NCBI GenBank assembly: GCA_041666065.1
Contig: JBAYHQ010000001.1
Coordinates: forward strand, 1-50,586
Origin: Minisyncoccota bacterium
Lineage (GTDB): Bacteria > Patescibacteriota > Minisyncoccia > Phycocordibacterales > Phycocordibacteraceae
Reading direction: 5' to 3'
Length of the DNA stretch: 50,586 bases
Numbering within the stretch: the first letter of the stretch is position 1; each line of letters begins with the position of its first letter. Below the pieces are notes generated by a model. It saw nothing but the letters and a program-made list of their open reading frames with translations. It did not search any database and was not told the origin of the DNA. Positions 26,101 through 35,742 of this stretch are shown here, in pieces. The translations under genes and the position numbers were made by a program.

Positions 26101-27447
26101 ATGGAACGAACAACCACGGTAATGCTTGGGAGTCACATCGGTAAGACGGTCTCAATCTGCGGCTCGGTAGACGTGCGGCGCGACCACGGGAAACTCATCT
26201 TCCTAGACATCCGTGACCGCTCAGGGGAGGTACAGGTGGTCTGCCTACCCAACCACGAAGGGGCGCTCGCCACGGCACAGGAGCTGAAGCCCGAATGGGT
26301 AGTGAGCATAGAGGGTGTTGTGAACGAACGTCCGGAGAAGATGCGCACCGAAGAGGTGAACGGCAACGTGGAGCTTGAGGCGACCAACATCACCGTGCTT
26401 GCGAAAGCGCAGGAGCTCCCGTTTGAGAAAGATACCGAAGTCAATCTGGATACGTATCTGGACTACCTGCCGCTCACGCTCCGGAGCGAACGTGCGCGTG
26501 CCATATTCCGCGTGCAGGCGGAGATAGCGAACGCGTATCGCGGCTTCCTCGGCATTGAGGGCTTCACCGAGTTCCAAGCGCCGAAGCTTATCGGTGACGA
26601 CGCCGAGGGCGGGGCAAACGTCTTCTCCGTGCCGTATTTCAATGATAAGGTCGCGCACTTGGGCACCTCGCCTCAGTTCTACAAGCAGATCATGGTCGGC
26701 GTACTGGAGCGCGTCTACGCTATCGGCAACGTCTACCGTGCCGAGAAGCACTCCACGACTCGCCACCTGAACGAGTACACCTCTATGGACGCCGAAATGG
26801 GATTCATAGAGAGCCACGAGGACCTGATGGAGCTTGAGACGCGCTTCATGCATGCGCTCATCAAGCAGCTCGGCGAGAACTCCGCGAGCGACTTCAAACT
26901 CCTCGGTGCGACTCTGCCGAAGGCACCGGAGAAATTCCCGCAGATGAAGCTCCGCGAAGCGCTTGAGCTCATCTACAAGGAGACTGGCCGCGACAATCGG
27001 GGCGAGCCCGACCTGGAACCGGAAGATGAGCGATGGCTCTCCGAGTGGGCAGCGAGAGAAAAGGGAAGCGACTTCATATTCGTCACGCACTATCCGGTGT
27101 CTAAGCGCCCCATGTACACGATGGAAGACCCTAACGACCCTGGGTACACCAAGAGCTTTGACCTTCTTTTCCGCGGCGTGGAGATAACGACCGGCGGTCA
27201 GCGTCGCCACGACTACGACAACCTTGTTGCCGGCATCAAGATGAAAGGCCTTGATCCGGAGAAGTTCTCGTACTACCTACAGGCCTTCAAGTACGGTATG
27301 CCGCCGCATGGCGGGTGGGGTATGGGGCTAGAGCGCCTTACCCAGAAGATGCTCGGTCTCGCGAACGTGAAGGAGGCAACACTCTTCCCGCGCGACATCA
27401 ACCGTATAGACACACTCCTTTCCTCAGGCACTTCAAGCGAGGATTAG
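26101..27447 (+). CDS. aspS: aspartate--tRNA ligase, short archaeal/eukaryal-type form
   Basis: An OB-fold N-terminus (GKLIFLDIRDRSGEVQVV) and class II motifs FRVQAEI, RAEKHSTTRHLNEY and GGQRRHD...PPHGGWGMGLERL are present. There is no GAD insertion. Confidence 0.9.
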   Translation: MERTTTVMLGSHIGKTVSICGSVDVRRDHGKLIFLDIRDRSGEVQVVCLPNHEGALATAQELKPEWVVSIEGVVNERPEKMRTEEVNGNVELEATNITVLAKAQELPFEKDTEVNLDTYLDYLPLTLRSERARAIFRVQAEIANAYRGFLGIEGFTEFQAPKLIGDDAEGGANVFSVPYFNDKVAHLGTSPQFYKQIMVGVLERVYAIGNVYRAEKHSTTRHLNEYTSMDAEMGFIESHEDLMELETRFMHALIKQLGENSASDFKLLGATLPKAPEKFPQMKLREALELIYKETGRDNRGEPDLEPEDERWLSEWAAREKGSDFIFVTHYPVSKRPMYTMEDPNDPGYTKSFDLLFRGVEITTGGQRRHDYDNLVAGIKMKGLDPEKFSYYLQAFKYGMPPHGGWGMGLERLTQKMLGLANVKEATLFPRDINRIDTLLSSGTSSED

Positions 27448-27448
27448 C

Positions 27449-28867
27449 ATGAAGATCGTCTCCAAAGGCGGAAATGTAGAGAGTGCACCGAAACGGTACG
27501 TGCGTATACGCATCACCGAAGAGAAGCGGGGTACGAAACGGTTGCTGCGGGAGAACGGCGCTGACACCCTTGAGATCGGCGCGGGGAAATTTGAGGAGCT
27601 AAATCGCCGCACCTTTATCCTCCTGTGCCGCTCTATCATTCGCGCAGCGCGCGCGAATAAATCTCGTTATCTTGCACTACAGTTTGATCGCACGCCAAAG
27701 CTTTTCAAGAACCTGAAGGCGTATACGCGCGAAGACTTCGCACAGCTGACCGCAGAAAACTTTGAGATGGCGAACTTTGATTTCAATCATTTCAAGACGA
27801 AACCGAAAGAGGGTTGGGACAGTGTGGACGAGATATGCGTCTATGGGAAATCCTCCAAGGAGGTTGCACGAGCCGTGCAGAAAGGTCAGGAGATAGGTAG
27901 AGCGGTGAACGCGTGTCGCACGCTCGCGAACACTCCAGGGGGAGATATCACGCCGACGACGCTTGCCAAAGCCGCGAAAGACGCGGTGAAGGGCTTGCCG
28001 GTAAAAGTGACGGTGCTCGGCGAAAAGGAGATGCGCAAGCTTGGCATGGGAGCGCTCCTTGGCGTGGCGAAAGGTTCAAGCGAAGAGGCGACCTTCACCA
28101 TCCTAGAATACAAAGGTAAGGGGAAGGGAAGTCCGATCGTACTCGCTGGCAAAGGGGTGACCTTTGATAGCGGCGGGCTGAACCTGAAGCCCTCAAGCGG
28201 TATCTACGAGATGCACATGGATATGTCGGGTGCAGCGTCGGTTATACATGCGGTGGCGCTCGCCGCTCGGCTCAAACTCCCAACGCCGGTTGTCGGCCTC
28301 CTTCCCTCAGTGGAGAACATGCCGGGGAACAACGCGTACCGTCCGGGGGACATACTGAAATCCCTCTCTGGGAAGACGATTGAGGTGCTCAATACCGACG
28401 CGGAGGGCCGACTTATACTCGCCGACGCGCTTACCTACGCGAAGCGTTTCAAGCCTGCCGTTGTGCTAGACATCGCCACGCTGACCGGTGCAGCGATCTC
28501 GGCGCTCGGTATGCACGCAAGCGCCGTACTCACACGCGATGACGCGCTCGCGGAGAGGATCTTGAGAGACGGCGAAGCATCGGGTGATTATGTGTGGCGT
28601 CTTCCGCTCTGGGACGAGTACGAAGATGGAGTGAAGGGAACCTTCGCCGATATTGCTAACGCCGCACCGAGCGGCTCAGGACGTGGCGGCGGGACGATTG
28701 AGGGTGGTATGTTCCTCTGGCAATTCGCCAAGGAACTCGCATGTCCGTGGGCACATCTGGATATCGCCCCTCGCATGACCACCACGACGGGCGACGAGCT
28801 CGCCAAGGGTGCCGCAGGAGCGCCGGTGCGTCTGCTCCTGCGCTTCATAGAACAATGGAAACCGTAG
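27449..28867 (+). CDS. pepA: leucyl aminopeptidase (M17)
   Basis: The M17 signature NTDAEGRLILADAL is present, plus VTFDSGGLNLKP. Confidence 0.9.
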   Translation: MKIVSKGGNVESAPKRYVRIRITEEKRGTKRLLRENGADTLEIGAGKFEELNRRTFILLCRSIIRAARANKSRYLALQFDRTPKLFKNLKAYTREDFAQLTAENFEMANFDFNHFKTKPKEGWDSVDEICVYGKSSKEVARAVQKGQEIGRAVNACRTLANTPGGDITPTTLAKAAKDAVKGLPVKVTVLGEKEMRKLGMGALLGVAKGSSEEATFTILEYKGKGKGSPIVLAGKGVTFDSGGLNLKPSSGIYEMHMDMSGAASVIHAVALAARLKLPTPVVGLLPSVENMPGNNAYRPGDILKSLSGKTIEVLNTDAEGRLILADALTYAKRFKPAVVLDIATLTGAAISALGMHASAVLTRDDALAERILRDGEASGDYVWRLPLWDEYEDGVKGTFADIANAAPSGSGRGGGTIEGGMFLWQFAKELACPWAHLDIAPRMTTTTGDELAKGAAGAPVRLLLRFIEQWKP

Positions 28868-29598
28868 CACCGCGAACAGGATTTTCCATCACCACTGACT
28901 CCTACCAAGGGCCGTTTGAACTCGTGCTTGACCTCATAGAGGCGCGCAAGCTCCTCGTAAACGACCTCGCGCTCGCGAACATAACAGAAGATTTCATACA
29001 GCACGTGCGTGGCCAAACAACCTTCCCTGTAGAAGAGGCCGCGAACTTCATCCAGATAGCCGCGACACTACTCCTCATCAAGTCCAAGTCGCTCATCCCC
29101 GACCTCACGCTCACCGAAGAAGAGAACGCCGACATAGACGACCTGAAGCGCCGACTTGAGGCGTACGAGAAAGTACGTGAAGCCTCCCGCGAACTTGCGC
29201 GTGTGTTTGGGAAGAAGCTGATGCTTCCCGCAGGATTCCGTGCACCCGAACCGTTCTTCGCTCCTTCGCGCGACCTCACACAAGAGGCGCTCGCCGAGGC
29301 ACTCGCACGGGTGCTTGCCGCACGCGAGGCGGTAGAGGAGCTCCCCGAAGCGCGGGTGAAGCCACTCATCTCAATAGAAGAAGTGATGGACGACCTCGCG
29401 CGGCGCGTACAGAGCGCGATGACGCTCTCCTTTAGAGATTTCGCCGGCGACAAGAAGGAGAAGGTGGAGGTCATCGTCTCCTTCCTCGCGCTTCTTGAAC
29501 TCGTGAAGCAGGGTGCGGTCGCCGCCGAGCAGCACGAGCAGCACGGCGATATCCGCATCAGCCACACTGCCTCTGCCACTATCCCGCGATACGGGTGA
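28855..29598 (+). CDS. scpA: segregation and condensation protein A
   Basis: YQGPFELVLDLIEARKLLVNDLALANITEDF is the ScpA N-terminal motif. The ATG at 28855 overlaps the end of pepA. Confidence 0.85.
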   Translation: METVAPRTGFSITTDSYQGPFELVLDLIEARKLLVNDLALANITEDFIQHVRGQTTFPVEEAANFIQIAATLLLIKSKSLIPDLTLTEEENADIDDLKRRLEAYEKVREASRELARVFGKKLMLPAGFRAPEPFFAPSRDLTQEALAEALARVLAAREAVEELPEARVKPLISIEEVMDDLARRVQSAMTLSFRDFAGDKKEKVEVIVSFLALLELVKQGAVAAEQHEQHGDIRISHTASATIPRYG

Positions 29599-29599
29599 T

Positions 29600-30832
29600 A
29601 TGCTTACGCGCATGAACACCACCAAAGGTTTTGTTGTCCCCCTCTTCCTTATCATCATCGCGGTTCTGCTTGCCGGTGGCGGTGCATACGTGTACACACA
29701 AACGAAACAGGGGAGCGAGCCCGTTGCAACAACTTCCGATGCGCCACAAACCCAGAACCTAAAGACGTACGTAAGCACCGCATACGGGATCAGCTTCACC
29801 TACCCAGCGACATGGACAGTGTCTGACTCCGGAGATGGGCCGGTGCTTACCCCCGCCGCAGATAGCGGGGAACACGCTATTACCTTCCGCGTTTCTTCCG
29901 TACCCAAGGGAGCGACACTCAATATCAATTGCCCTTCAGCCGGAAATGAAGCCGTAAACTCTCTCGTAGATAGCTTCCACAGTGTAGCGTGCGAAAACCT
30001 AGAGACCCAGAGCGGAGTACCGTATACGAAACTGATTACCGCCGAACAGTCAACCGCGCAGTCATACCGAGGGCGCATACTGTCCATCTACTTTCTAGCA
30101 CCAGAACAGTCCGTGACCTTGCGCACCCTTATGGACGTAGGAGAAACGATGCCCGAAACACTGTTTGCCGTGGTGCAGTCGTTTGCCTTCAACACGCCGA
30201 CGCTTCCAGCCATAGTAGCCCCTGCCCCCAAGGAGAACGAGACGACGCCACCCACCCCGATTTCCGGCGACACGAACAACTGGAAGACCTATCGTAGTGA
30301 CCTCTACCATTTCAGCTTCCAGTATCCAGACGGGTGGAATGTCAGAAAAACTTCTTCCGTGCTACTCGCAGATCGCTTTCTACTAGAGTCAGAGGGCGGT
30401 GAGGCGATCACGGTTTCTCCTCGGCAGCACTTCTCTAAGATAATGCTCTCGTCACGCAACGGGGACATCCTCTCCTATGACAGTTTGCAAGATGCGTGGA
30501 TGCCAGAGACAAGCTCTACCGTAATTCAGAACAGTCAGCTCAAAAATCATTTCATAACATTGCCGGCAGCTATCTATGGCGCGACGTGGGACATTTATTC
30601 TTATGACGCCCAGAATCGCCAATTCACCTCGGTAGACGGCACGCAGATACAACCCTTGTATTACACCGCCTCAGGATATCCGGTATACGAGTTTGACCGA
30701 CAAAACGGCGACACTACCACCTTTTATTTCATTGTCCCGCTTCCGAACGGAAGTGCGGTCTACGTGTATTACTTCGGCGGCACGGTGTTGTCCGGCTTAG
30801 AGAAAGTGGTCAAGACAATCGCGGCGATCTAG
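29600..30832 (+). CDS. membrane-anchored/secreted hypothetical protein
   Basis: The ATG lies 1 nt after the scpA stop. An N-terminal TM helix (FVVPLFLIIIAVLLAGGGAYVY) is followed by two similar beta-rich halves (F[TS]F.YP..W.V). Confidence 0.6.
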   Translation: MLTRMNTTKGFVVPLFLIIIAVLLAGGGAYVYTQTKQGSEPVATTSDAPQTQNLKTYVSTAYGISFTYPATWTVSDSGDGPVLTPAADSGEHAITFRVSSVPKGATLNINCPSAGNEAVNSLVDSFHSVACENLETQSGVPYTKLITAEQSTAQSYRGRILSIYFLAPEQSVTLRTLMDVGETMPETLFAVVQSFAFNTPTLPAIVAPAPKENETTPPTPISGDTNNWKTYRSDLYHFSFQYPDGWNVRKTSSVLLADRFLLESEGGEAITVSPRQHFSKIMLSSRNGDILSYDSLQDAWMPETSSTVIQNSQLKNHFITLPAAIYGATWDIYSYDAQNRQFTSVDGTQIQPLYYTASGYPVYEFDRQNGDTTTFYFIVPLPNGSAVYVYYFGGTVLSGLEKVVKTIAAI

Positions 30833-30891
30833 CCGAGCATCCCCAAGAGTGTGCATTGCCCTCAAGAGGGCAGGCGGCTACAATAGAGGCA

Positions 30892-31449
30892 ATGCTTACG
30901 CCTCCTGCCGCCATTGAAGCCGTCTTGTTCTCAGCCGGTGAACCGCTTTCCAAAAAACAGTTGGCAACACTACTCGGTATCAAACCACCGGAGCTTGCCG
31001 TGGCGCTCACAGCTCTTGGAGACCAGCTCGCAGGTCGCGGCTTGTCAGTCATAGAGACGGAAGACGAGGTGGAGCTCCGCACAAGCGCTGACGCTGCGGG
31101 CATCGTAAAGAAGCTCCGCGAGACCGAGCTCACGCGCGACCTAGGGAAGGGAAGTCTAGAGACGCTCGCGGTCATCGCGTACCAAAGTAGCGCGACACGG
31201 AGTGAGATAGACTGGGTGCGCGGCGTTAACTCCTCAGCGTCGCTCCGCACTCTGCTCATGCGCGGGCTCATAGACGGGAAAGATGATCCGGCCGACAAGC
31301 GCCGCGTCCGTTACAACCTCACGACCGAAGCACTCGCGCACCTCGGTGTGCAGAACCTTCGCGATTTGCCGCGCGCAGAAGAGCTTCGTGCTGGGACACA
31401 AGCTGTCATGGAGGAGAAAGCCGCGGCAGACTCCGCACTAAGCGAATAG
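30892..31449 (+). CDS. scpB: segregation and condensation protein B
   Basis: IEAVLFSAGEPLSKKQLA and the winged-helix repeat ETLAVIAYQSSATRSEIDWVRGV are present. Confidence 0.85.
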   Translation: MLTPPAAIEAVLFSAGEPLSKKQLATLLGIKPPELAVALTALGDQLAGRGLSVIETEDEVELRTSADAAGIVKKLRETELTRDLGKGSLETLAVIAYQSSATRSEIDWVRGVNSSASLRTLLMRGLIDGKDDPADKRRVRYNLTTEALAHLGVQNLRDLPRAEELRAGTQAVMEEKAAADSALSE

Positions 31450-31453
31450 CACT

Positions 31454-32401
31454 ATGGATTCCGCTGAACTACAGAAGCTCGCCGCGCATACTCGCTCCAC
31501 CAGAGAAGCGGGCACGGCGCTTCTTCTCGCTTCGGGCATACTCGCCCTGTTCCTTTTCATACCGCACTCGTACGGGGAACGGCCGCAAGACACAGCGACT
31601 GTCGCTTCGCCCGCTGCACCTGACGCATTTGCAAAGATCGCTCCTGATGCGAAGGCGGCGATTGTCTACGATGTAGTGACCGGCGAAACGCTCTATGCGA
31701 AAAACGCCGACGCCCAACTCCCGCTTGCTTCGCTGACGAAGCTGCTTACTGTCTATGCGGCATTGTCTACACTCTCGCCGGACACGCCGGTGACCGTGCC
31801 CGAAGCGGCGACGAAGCTTGAGGCGCCGCGCGCCTTCAATGTGGGACAAACATTTTCTCTCGCCGATCTCGCACGGCTCACGCTTACCGCCTCTTTAAAC
31901 GACGGTGCGGCGGCGATCGCACTCGCTACTGCCGAGCGGCAAGGTGAGACCGAGAGCGCGATGCTCGCAAGCGCTGCCGCAGGATTGGGACTCTCGCAAA
32001 CCTACGCTATAAACGGGAGCGGTCTTGATGTGAGCAAGACCGTTTCGGGAGGCTATGGTTCAGCACGCGATCTCGCGCGCCTCGCAGGCGCGCTCGCGTC
32101 TCGCGCACCAGCCATCGCCGAGGCGACTACGGTCGGCTACACCGAAGCGGTCTCTCTCGGCGGTACGCACTTCAGGGTGAAGAATACCGACCCTATCGTC
32201 GGCACGATACCGCGCCTCCTCCTCTCCAAGACCGGCTTCACCGATCTTGCGGGTGGCAACCTCGCCATCGTCTTTGACGCTGGTATCCAGCACCCGATAG
32301 CTATCGTTGTGCTCGGCTCGTCTAAGGACGCTCGGTTCACCGACAGTGCGGCGCTTGTGGCGGGCACCCTCGCGCACTTCGCCGGAGTAGCTTCGCTATG
32401 A
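31454..32401 (+). CDS. D-alanyl-D-alanine carboxypeptidase (S11, PBP5-like)
   Basis: SxxK (ASLTK), SxN (SLND) and KTG (KTGFT) motifs occur in the right order after an N-terminal TM helix. Confidence 0.85.
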   Translation: MDSAELQKLAAHTRSTREAGTALLLASGILALFLFIPHSYGERPQDTATVASPAAPDAFAKIAPDAKAAIVYDVVTGETLYAKNADAQLPLASLTKLLTVYAALSTLSPDTPVTVPEAATKLEAPRAFNVGQTFSLADLARLTLTASLNDGAAAIALATAERQGETESAMLASAAAGLGLSQTYAINGSGLDVSKTVSGGYGSARDLARLAGALASRAPAIAEATTVGYTEAVSLGGTHFRVKNTDPIVGTIPRLLLSKTGFTDLAGGNLAIVFDAGIQHPIAIVVLGSSKDARFTDSAALVAGTLAHFAGVASL

Positions 32402-33474
32402 TCGTCTCGGACATCATCAAGGTCTTCATCCCCGCGACTGCGTCATTCGCCGTCGGCATACTCTTCGCACCGCTCCTCACGCACTACCTCTTCAAATACC
32501 GCGTGTGGAAAAAGACGGAAGGGAAGACCGCACTTGACGGCACGCCCGCTGTAGAGTTCGCGCGGCTTCGTGCCACAGCACACGCAGGCACCGAGACGAG
32601 GACGCCGCGCATGGGCGGCATACTCATCTGGATGAGCGTGACGATAGTCACTGTCGGTATCTGGTGTCTCGCCCGCCTCGTCCCGATGCCCCTCTTCCAG
32701 AAGTTAGACTTCCTCAGTCGCAGTCAGACGTGGATTCCTCTTTTCGCCTTGCTCGCCGGCGCGTTCATGGGCTTCGTCAACGACCTGCTTGATATCCGCC
32801 CGTCGGGTGAACGCGGCGTAGGGCTCCGCACGCGACTCCTGTTCGTCTCGCTCGTATCGGCGTTTATCGGGTGGTGGTTCTACGCGAAGCTCGGCGTAGA
32901 CGCGATCGGCATCCCTGGAGACGGCACGCTTACCATCGGTGCGCTCATCATCCCTCTTTTCGTACTTATTACCCTTGCGCTGTATGCGGGCGGCGTCATT
33001 GACGGTATAGACGGACTCGCCGGCGGTGTCTTCAGCACTGCGTTCATGGCGTACGCCGGCATCGCGTATTTCCAAAATCAGATAAACTTGGCGGCCTTCT
33101 CCGCGACCCTCACCGGCGCCATCCTCGCCTTCCTTTGGTTCAACATCCCGCCCGCGCGTTTCTGGATGACCGAGACCGGCACGATGGGTCTTACCATGAC
33201 ACTCGCCGTCATCGCCTTCATGACCGACACGCCGGGAAGCGGCTACGGTGTCGCAGCGCTTCCTATCATCGCGTTCCCGCTCGTCGTTACTGTGCTTTCA
33301 AACATCGTGCAGGTCGTTTCAAAGAAGTTCTTCGGTAGGAAGGTCTTCCGCATCGCGCCTCTGCATCATCACTTTGAGGCGATTGGGTGGCCATCATACA
33401 AGGTCACCATGCGCTATTGGATCATCTCTATCGTCTGCGCGATCATGGGCATGACACTCGCTCTTCTCAAATAG
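32398..33474 (+). CDS. mraY: phospho-N-acetylmuramoyl-pentapeptide-transferase
   Basis: The product is polytopic. TPRMGG, NDLLD, DGIDGLAGG and APLHHHFE motifs are present, and the start overlaps the dac gene (ATGA). Confidence 0.93.
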   Translation: MIVSDIIKVFIPATASFAVGILFAPLLTHYLFKYRVWKKTEGKTALDGTPAVEFARLRATAHAGTETRTPRMGGILIWMSVTIVTVGIWCLARLVPMPLFQKLDFLSRSQTWIPLFALLAGAFMGFVNDLLDIRPSGERGVGLRTRLLFVSLVSAFIGWWFYAKLGVDAIGIPGDGTLTIGALIIPLFVLITLALYAGGVIDGIDGLAGGVFSTAFMAYAGIAYFQNQINLAAFSATLTGAILAFLWFNIPPARFWMTETGTMGLTMTLAVIAFMTDTPGSGYGVAALPIIAFPLVVTVLSNIVQVVSKKFFGRKVFRIAPLHHHFEAIGWPSYKVTMRYWIISIVCAIMGMTLALLK

Positions 33475-33476
33475 GT

Positions 33477-34574
33477 ATGAGAGCTTCTCGCGGCGATCGG
33501 GTATTCATGATGCTCGTGATTACGCTCGCGCTTGCGGGCCTCGCGATCTTCTCTTCGGCGACACTCGGACTCCTCGCGCGCGAGAGCAGCTCGGTCTCAA
33601 AGGACATCCTTCTCCAGACAGGCTTCGGGTTCGGCTTCGGCTTCTTAGCGTTCTTCCTCGCGCGCATCGTACCGCTCCTGCAGGTAAAGCGCTTCGCGCC
33701 GTATCTCTACGTGCTCTCACTCCTCTTCACGCTTCTCGTCTTCGTACCGGGCATCGGTTTCCATGCGGGCGGTGCAACACGCTGGATCAACCTCGGCTTT
33801 ACCACCGTCCAGCCGGCGGAATTCCTGAAAATAGGCTTCGTGCTCGTGCTTGCGTGGTGGCTAGCCCCAAGGGCGCGCCAGCTCGCAGACCCGAAGAAAG
33901 GCCTCATACCGTTCGTTCTCCTGCTTGCCGTACCCGCCGCGATCCTGCTCGCCCAGCCGAACACCTCTACCGTCATGCTCCTCGCCGCGACCGGCACAGT
34001 TATGTATTTCGTCGCAGGGGCACCATGGCGAGACTTCGGCTTCATTGTGGTAGGCGTCATCATCGCACTCACCGCTGTGGTTATCGCACGTCCGTATGTG
34101 CTTGAACGTATGAAGACCTTCATACATCCCTCGGCGAACTCTCTTGGGAGCGGCTACCAGATCCAACAAGCTCTTATCGCCGTGGGAAGCGGCGGGATTA
34201 TCGGCCGCGGATTTGGACAGAGCATAGAGAAGTTTAATTATCTGCCCGAACCGGACGGCGACTCGGTCTTCGCAGTCTTCGCCGAGGAAACCGGATTCGT
34301 CGGCGCAATACTGCTCATACTGCTCTTCGTCGGACTCTCTGCTCGCGGCATCGTAATAGCGGGGAACTCAACGGACCTCTTTGGAGGACTCGTGGCACTC
34401 GGCTTCTCCTTTTTGATCATCTTCCAAGCATTCATCAACATAAGCGCTATGCTCGGCATCGTGCCTCTCACCGGCCTGCCACTCCCGTTTATCTCGCACG
34501 GCGGCACCGCGCTCGCTGCGACACTCCTCATGTGCGGCCTCGTCCTCAACGTCGCCGCCCACCGTAGGGCCTAG
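33477..34574 (+). CDS. ftsW: SEDS family peptidoglycan polymerase FtsW/RodA
   Basis: QPAEFLKI, GSGYQIQQALIAVGSGG, LPEPDGDSVFAV and PLTGLPLPFISHGGT are SEDS motifs. Confidence 0.9.
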   Translation: MRASRGDRVFMMLVITLALAGLAIFSSATLGLLARESSSVSKDILLQTGFGFGFGFLAFFLARIVPLLQVKRFAPYLYVLSLLFTLLVFVPGIGFHAGGATRWINLGFTTVQPAEFLKIGFVLVLAWWLAPRARQLADPKKGLIPFVLLLAVPAAILLAQPNTSTVMLLAATGTVMYFVAGAPWRDFGFIVVGVIIALTAVVIARPYVLERMKTFIHPSANSLGSGYQIQQALIAVGSGGIIGRGFGQSIEKFNYLPEPDGDSVFAVFAEETGFVGAILLILLFVGLSARGIVIAGNSTDLFGGLVALGFSFLIIFQAFINISAMLGIVPLTGLPLPFISHGGTALAATLLMCGLVLNVAAHRRA

Positions 34575-34602
34575 GGAAAAGCTATACTGTATACTGTCCT
34601 GT

Positions 34603-35742
34603 ATGAAAATCGCATTTACCGGCGGCGGCAGTGGCGGGCATTTCTACCCGATTATCGCCATAGCCGAGGCGATACAGGACCTCGTGCGCGAGAAACATCT
34701 CATAGAGCCTTCGCTCCACTATCTCGCGCCAAAACCGTTTGACGAGAAAGCGCTTTTTGAAAACGGCATAGAGTACATCTACGTCCCCGCAGGGAAGATG
34801 CGTCGCTACGCCTCCTTCAAGAACGTGACCGACACGTTCGTCACCGCTATCGGCATCGTCTCCGCGATCGCCGTGCTCTTCCGTCTGTATCCCGACGTGC
34901 TCGTGAGTAAGGGCGGGTACGCAAGCGTGCCCAACGTGCTCGCGGCGTGGCTGCTCCGCATACCGATCCTCATCCACGAGTCCGACGCGAAGCCAGGGCG
35001 CGCCAACCTGCTTGCAGCGAGATTTGCCGACCGTATCGCCATATCGTTTGATAGTGCGGCAGAATATTTCCCCAAGAACGTCCGCGGCAAGATCGTGCGC
35101 ACCGGTGTGCCGATCAGGAAGGCACTCATGCGTGTGGAAGCCGAAGGTGCGCGGCAGTATCTCTCGCTTGAGAGTGGTGTGCCGACCATTTTCATACTCG
35201 GCGGTTCGCAAGGTGCGGTCCGGATAAACGAGACGGTGCTTTCGGCGCTACCTGAGCTCGTGTCGTTCGCCAACATTATCCACCAGACCGGCCACACGAA
35301 CATCAAAGATGTAGAGGCCGTGAGCAAGGTGGTGCTCGCGAAGAACCCGAACGCGTCTCGCTATCACCCCATGCAGTACTTAGACCAAGTGTCTATGCAG
35401 CGCGCGGCGAGCGTCGCTGACCTCGTCATCTCCCGCGCAGGTTCAAACAGCATCGCAGAGATAGGTTTGTGGAAGAAGCCTGCCATCCTCATACCGATCC
35501 CCGAAGTCGTGAGCCACGACCAGAGCATGAACGCTCGCGCTTACGCGCACACCGGAGCCGCGACCGTGCTGGAGGAGGCTAATCTCACGCCACACATCTT
35601 CGTCGCCGAGATACAGCGCATCCTGAACGATCCTGAGCTGGGGAAGCGCATGGCTGCGACGGCCGAAGGATTTACCGACCCCGACGCCGCTCGCATACTG
35701 GCAAACGAGGCCCTTACGATCGCTGTCTCTCACGAATCATGA
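34603..35742 (+). CDS. murG: UDP-N-acetylglucosamine--N-acetylmuramyl-(pentapeptide) pyrophosphoryl-undecaprenol GlcNAc transferase
   Basis: GGGSGGHFYP, ILGGSQGA and SRAGSNSIAEI are MurG GT28 motifs. Confidence 0.92.
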   Translation: MKIAFTGGGSGGHFYPIIAIAEAIQDLVREKHLIEPSLHYLAPKPFDEKALFENGIEYIYVPAGKMRRYASFKNVTDTFVTAIGIVSAIAVLFRLYPDVLVSKGGYASVPNVLAAWLLRIPILIHESDAKPGRANLLAARFADRIAISFDSAAEYFPKNVRGKIVRTGVPIRKALMRVEAEGARQYLSLESGVPTIFILGGSQGAVRINETVLSALPELVSFANIIHQTGHTNIKDVEAVSKVVLAKNPNASRYHPMQYLDQVSMQRAASVADLVISRAGSNSIAEIGLWKKPAILIPIPEVVSHDQSMNARAYAHTGAATVLEEANLTPHIFVAEIQRILNDPELGKRMAATAEGFTDPDAARILANEALTIAVSHES

